The position numbers and the translations under genes are program-made. A stretch of 62,949 nucleotides of DNA, counting the filler, from Nemertoderma westbladi (lineage: Eukaryota > Animalia > Xenacoelomorpha), in NCBI GenBank assembly GCA_032718475.1. It is 3 parts of 3 records of this genome, joined end to end, with 100 filler letters (N's around TTAATTAATTAA, not from the genome) between each part and the next. Parts side by side here need not be neighbours in the genome. Positions count along the whole stretch, not along the records: positions 43,763 to 62,949 come from JAUCBJ010005624.1; 2 more parts are not named here. One strand, given 5' to 3'. Shown one piece after another: positions 60,860 through 62,949 of this stretch. Each line of letters opens with the position of its first letter. The stretch's first letter is position 1. Under the pieces are notes generated by a model. It made no database searches. It saw nothing but the letters and a program-made list of their open reading frames with translations, and was not told the DNA's origin.

Positions 60860-61340
60860 GTCACGTTTACTGTAAGTCGTTCGCGAACTGTACATGCAGG
60901 CCTACACGAAAATTCACAGTGGTGAGATTCTTGCTTGATGCGGTTTATACAGTATAACAATCAAACGTTTCATTCTCCTGTTGGGTTGGGTGAGGTTATG
61001 AAATTCATAGTGGGAGAGTGTTACATTTTCATTTGGCTTATACCATTCTTTGAGGAGTCTGACCATATCCATAAATAGAATCGCATCTCATTCTGCTTCC
61101 AGAACAGTCTCCTCGAAGTCTCGCTGCAGGTTACGACTTGCAAATCGGCCCAGGAACTGTAGCTGTTTGTTTGTATTGTGCCAAGCCGCAGTATCAGAAG
61201 TACCTTCGGTTGGGTCACGCGTAATGGAGAAGTATTCATACTCACAGAATGCTGTGTACATATCAGATGATCGGCTGGATCAAACTTGGAAATACCCTGT
61301 AATCTGGACGTCGCCTTTGATACTCCAGAATTGAACAGGA
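60860..61340 (-). mobile_element. Gypsy gag remnant
   Basis: Manual translation across stops gives DMYTAFCEY...LQFLGRFASRNLQRDFEE...LLKEWYKPNENVTLSHYEFHNLTQ...RIKQESHHCEF. Confidence 0.6.
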
Positions 61341-61433
61341 AGAGTTATACAATCATGTACAGTAATCCATAAAATTATCGTAGCGAGTGAAATATCCCGC
61401 TTCTCAACAAATAACTGTTTGACGGCTGCTATA

Positions 61434-61636
61434 ATATAAAATCTATGGGTAAAACATAGAGTCTTATACCCACAAACTAACAAAAAACATAGGATCAGGA
61501 CATTACGCACAAAGTAGTGCTCAGTCCTAAGGCCATCAAAGAACAACACAAACAACACAAACAAATGACCTGATCCTATGTTTTTTGTTAGTTTGTGGGG
61601 TATAAGACTCTAGTGTTTTACCCATAGATTTTATAT
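61434..61636. mobile_element. fold-back/MITE-like element with ~65-bp inverted arms
   Basis: 61434-61499 is the near-exact reverse complement of 61569-61636; flanks are TA-rich. Confidence 0.75.
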
Positions 61637-62004
61637 ATATTCCAAGCCGCCATTAGTCAGTATGTCGGTACATTCCATTATAATATAATATAACATTACA
61701 GTTTAAGTTTACCAGTTTAGGTTTATAAACGACTCATTAAACATTAGGCTACACGGTACTGTATATCAGGATCTAGGACACTTCCCCCCCGGACACTTCC
61801 CACCTAGTTAAAGTGTTAAAATTAATCTGGGTGCATCAAAGCAATAAACAAAAGTTTAAGATGGTTACAGGACAAGTTGTATCTATTCAAGTTTTTTCAA
61901 AATTATAAAAGAAACATTTTCATAGTCAAATTTTGTTTGCTTTTCTCTTGCATCTTTTGTTGGGGGCAGCGCCCCCAAACCCCCGCTTCTTTGGTTGGGG
62001 GCTG

Positions 62005-62232
62005 CATGGAATACTAAATATAGACGGAACCGCATTAGTGTTATTTTTTCGGTTTTTTTATGTTATTTTATGTTATTTTTATGTTATTTTATTATTTTTT
62101 AGTATTATTATTTATGTTATCTTAAATTTTTTTTCTGAGGTTTCTATGGCATATACTACCATTTTATTGAAAAAAATTTCGGGGCCGAAAAAATAACACT
62201 AATGCGGTTCCGTGTATATTTAGTATTCCATG
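62005..62232. mobile_element. MITE, P-superfamily-like
   Basis: ~43-bp TIR CATGGAATACTAAATATAGACGGAACCGCATTAGTGTTATTTT with CA...TG ends and a 7-bp duplication GGGGCTG on both flanks. Confidence 0.75.
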
Positions 62233-62949
62233 GGGGCTGCCGTCCCCAAACCCCGGCAATTCCCTGTGTGCCCGTGGTGAAAGACTTTGAGACCATTTCA
62301 AATAATTAATTCATGTTTGTATCATCAGATAATAAATTGACTAACAAAGCCTAAAGTAGGAGCTGTATTGAATGTTAACCAAATTAATATATAAATCACT
62401 ACAATATTATATAATTCAACAAAATCCTATTAAAAATATTGCAAGTAACCAGGAAATTTAATTAGTTTATGAATAAATGTAATGCTGAACACAGAATACA
62501 GGTCGGCATGTCGATTTTACCCTGGAGAGGTATTTTGATTCCAACAATAATATTCATCCTCATCTGCTACAATTTGAAGAAGACTATTACATAATAATAC
62601 CTATAATTAAAATATTAATAATAAAATAAAAAAAAAATAATAAAATTATAATAAAAAAAAATAATAATAAAAATATACTAATAAAAAAATTATTATAATT
62701 CTGTAGTTCATAAAAACAGTATAGGCCTATCATTCGGGGGATGGAATTTATAGGTCATCTAATTAATTGTTTAAAGATTAGCAAACAATACGATGTAATT
62801 GCATTGATAAAATCCATAAATAAAACTTGGATACAAAATGTTAAATCGGGATGCAAAAGATCACTTTCTGAGCTAAGAAAGGAAAATTGGATACAACTTG
62901 TCTGTATACAAGCGGTCCGTTTACCTTACAACATGAAAATAAAAATATC

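Overview
This is AT-rich eukaryotic (animal-like) scaffold DNA with two N-gaps, and most of it is nested mobile elements. 1-2394 is one end of a Polinton/Maverick (packaging-ATPase start, RING ORF, unknown ORF, AGTAGTAG terminus) inserted into a decayed BEL/Pao gag-pol. Four 5' portions of related BEL/Pao LTR retrotransposons follow: E1 ~5535-8586 (+), E2 8587-19954 (+), E3 ~36266-38791 (-) and E4 43763-49604 (-). They share a tRNA-like Pol III A-box/B-box cassette upstream of CCAAT/TATA, and a multi-kb leader with conserved RNA-structure-like blocks and splice signals. I could not find a canonical tRNA primer-binding site in any of them. An intact two-ORF LINE sits inside E2. A second long LINE, RTE/L2/CR1/Gypsy remnants, MITEs, a SINE and satellites fill much of the rest. 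Host genes are a head-to-head pair (kinesin-5-like exons 1-2 and the first coding exon of TTLL1) around a promoter with CDE/CHR-like and RFX X-box motifs, a short TAF4-like histone-fold ORF or pseudogene, and an intronless caspase ORF with an unusual C-terminal CARD-like domain. All family assignments come from motif recognition by eye; no searches were run.
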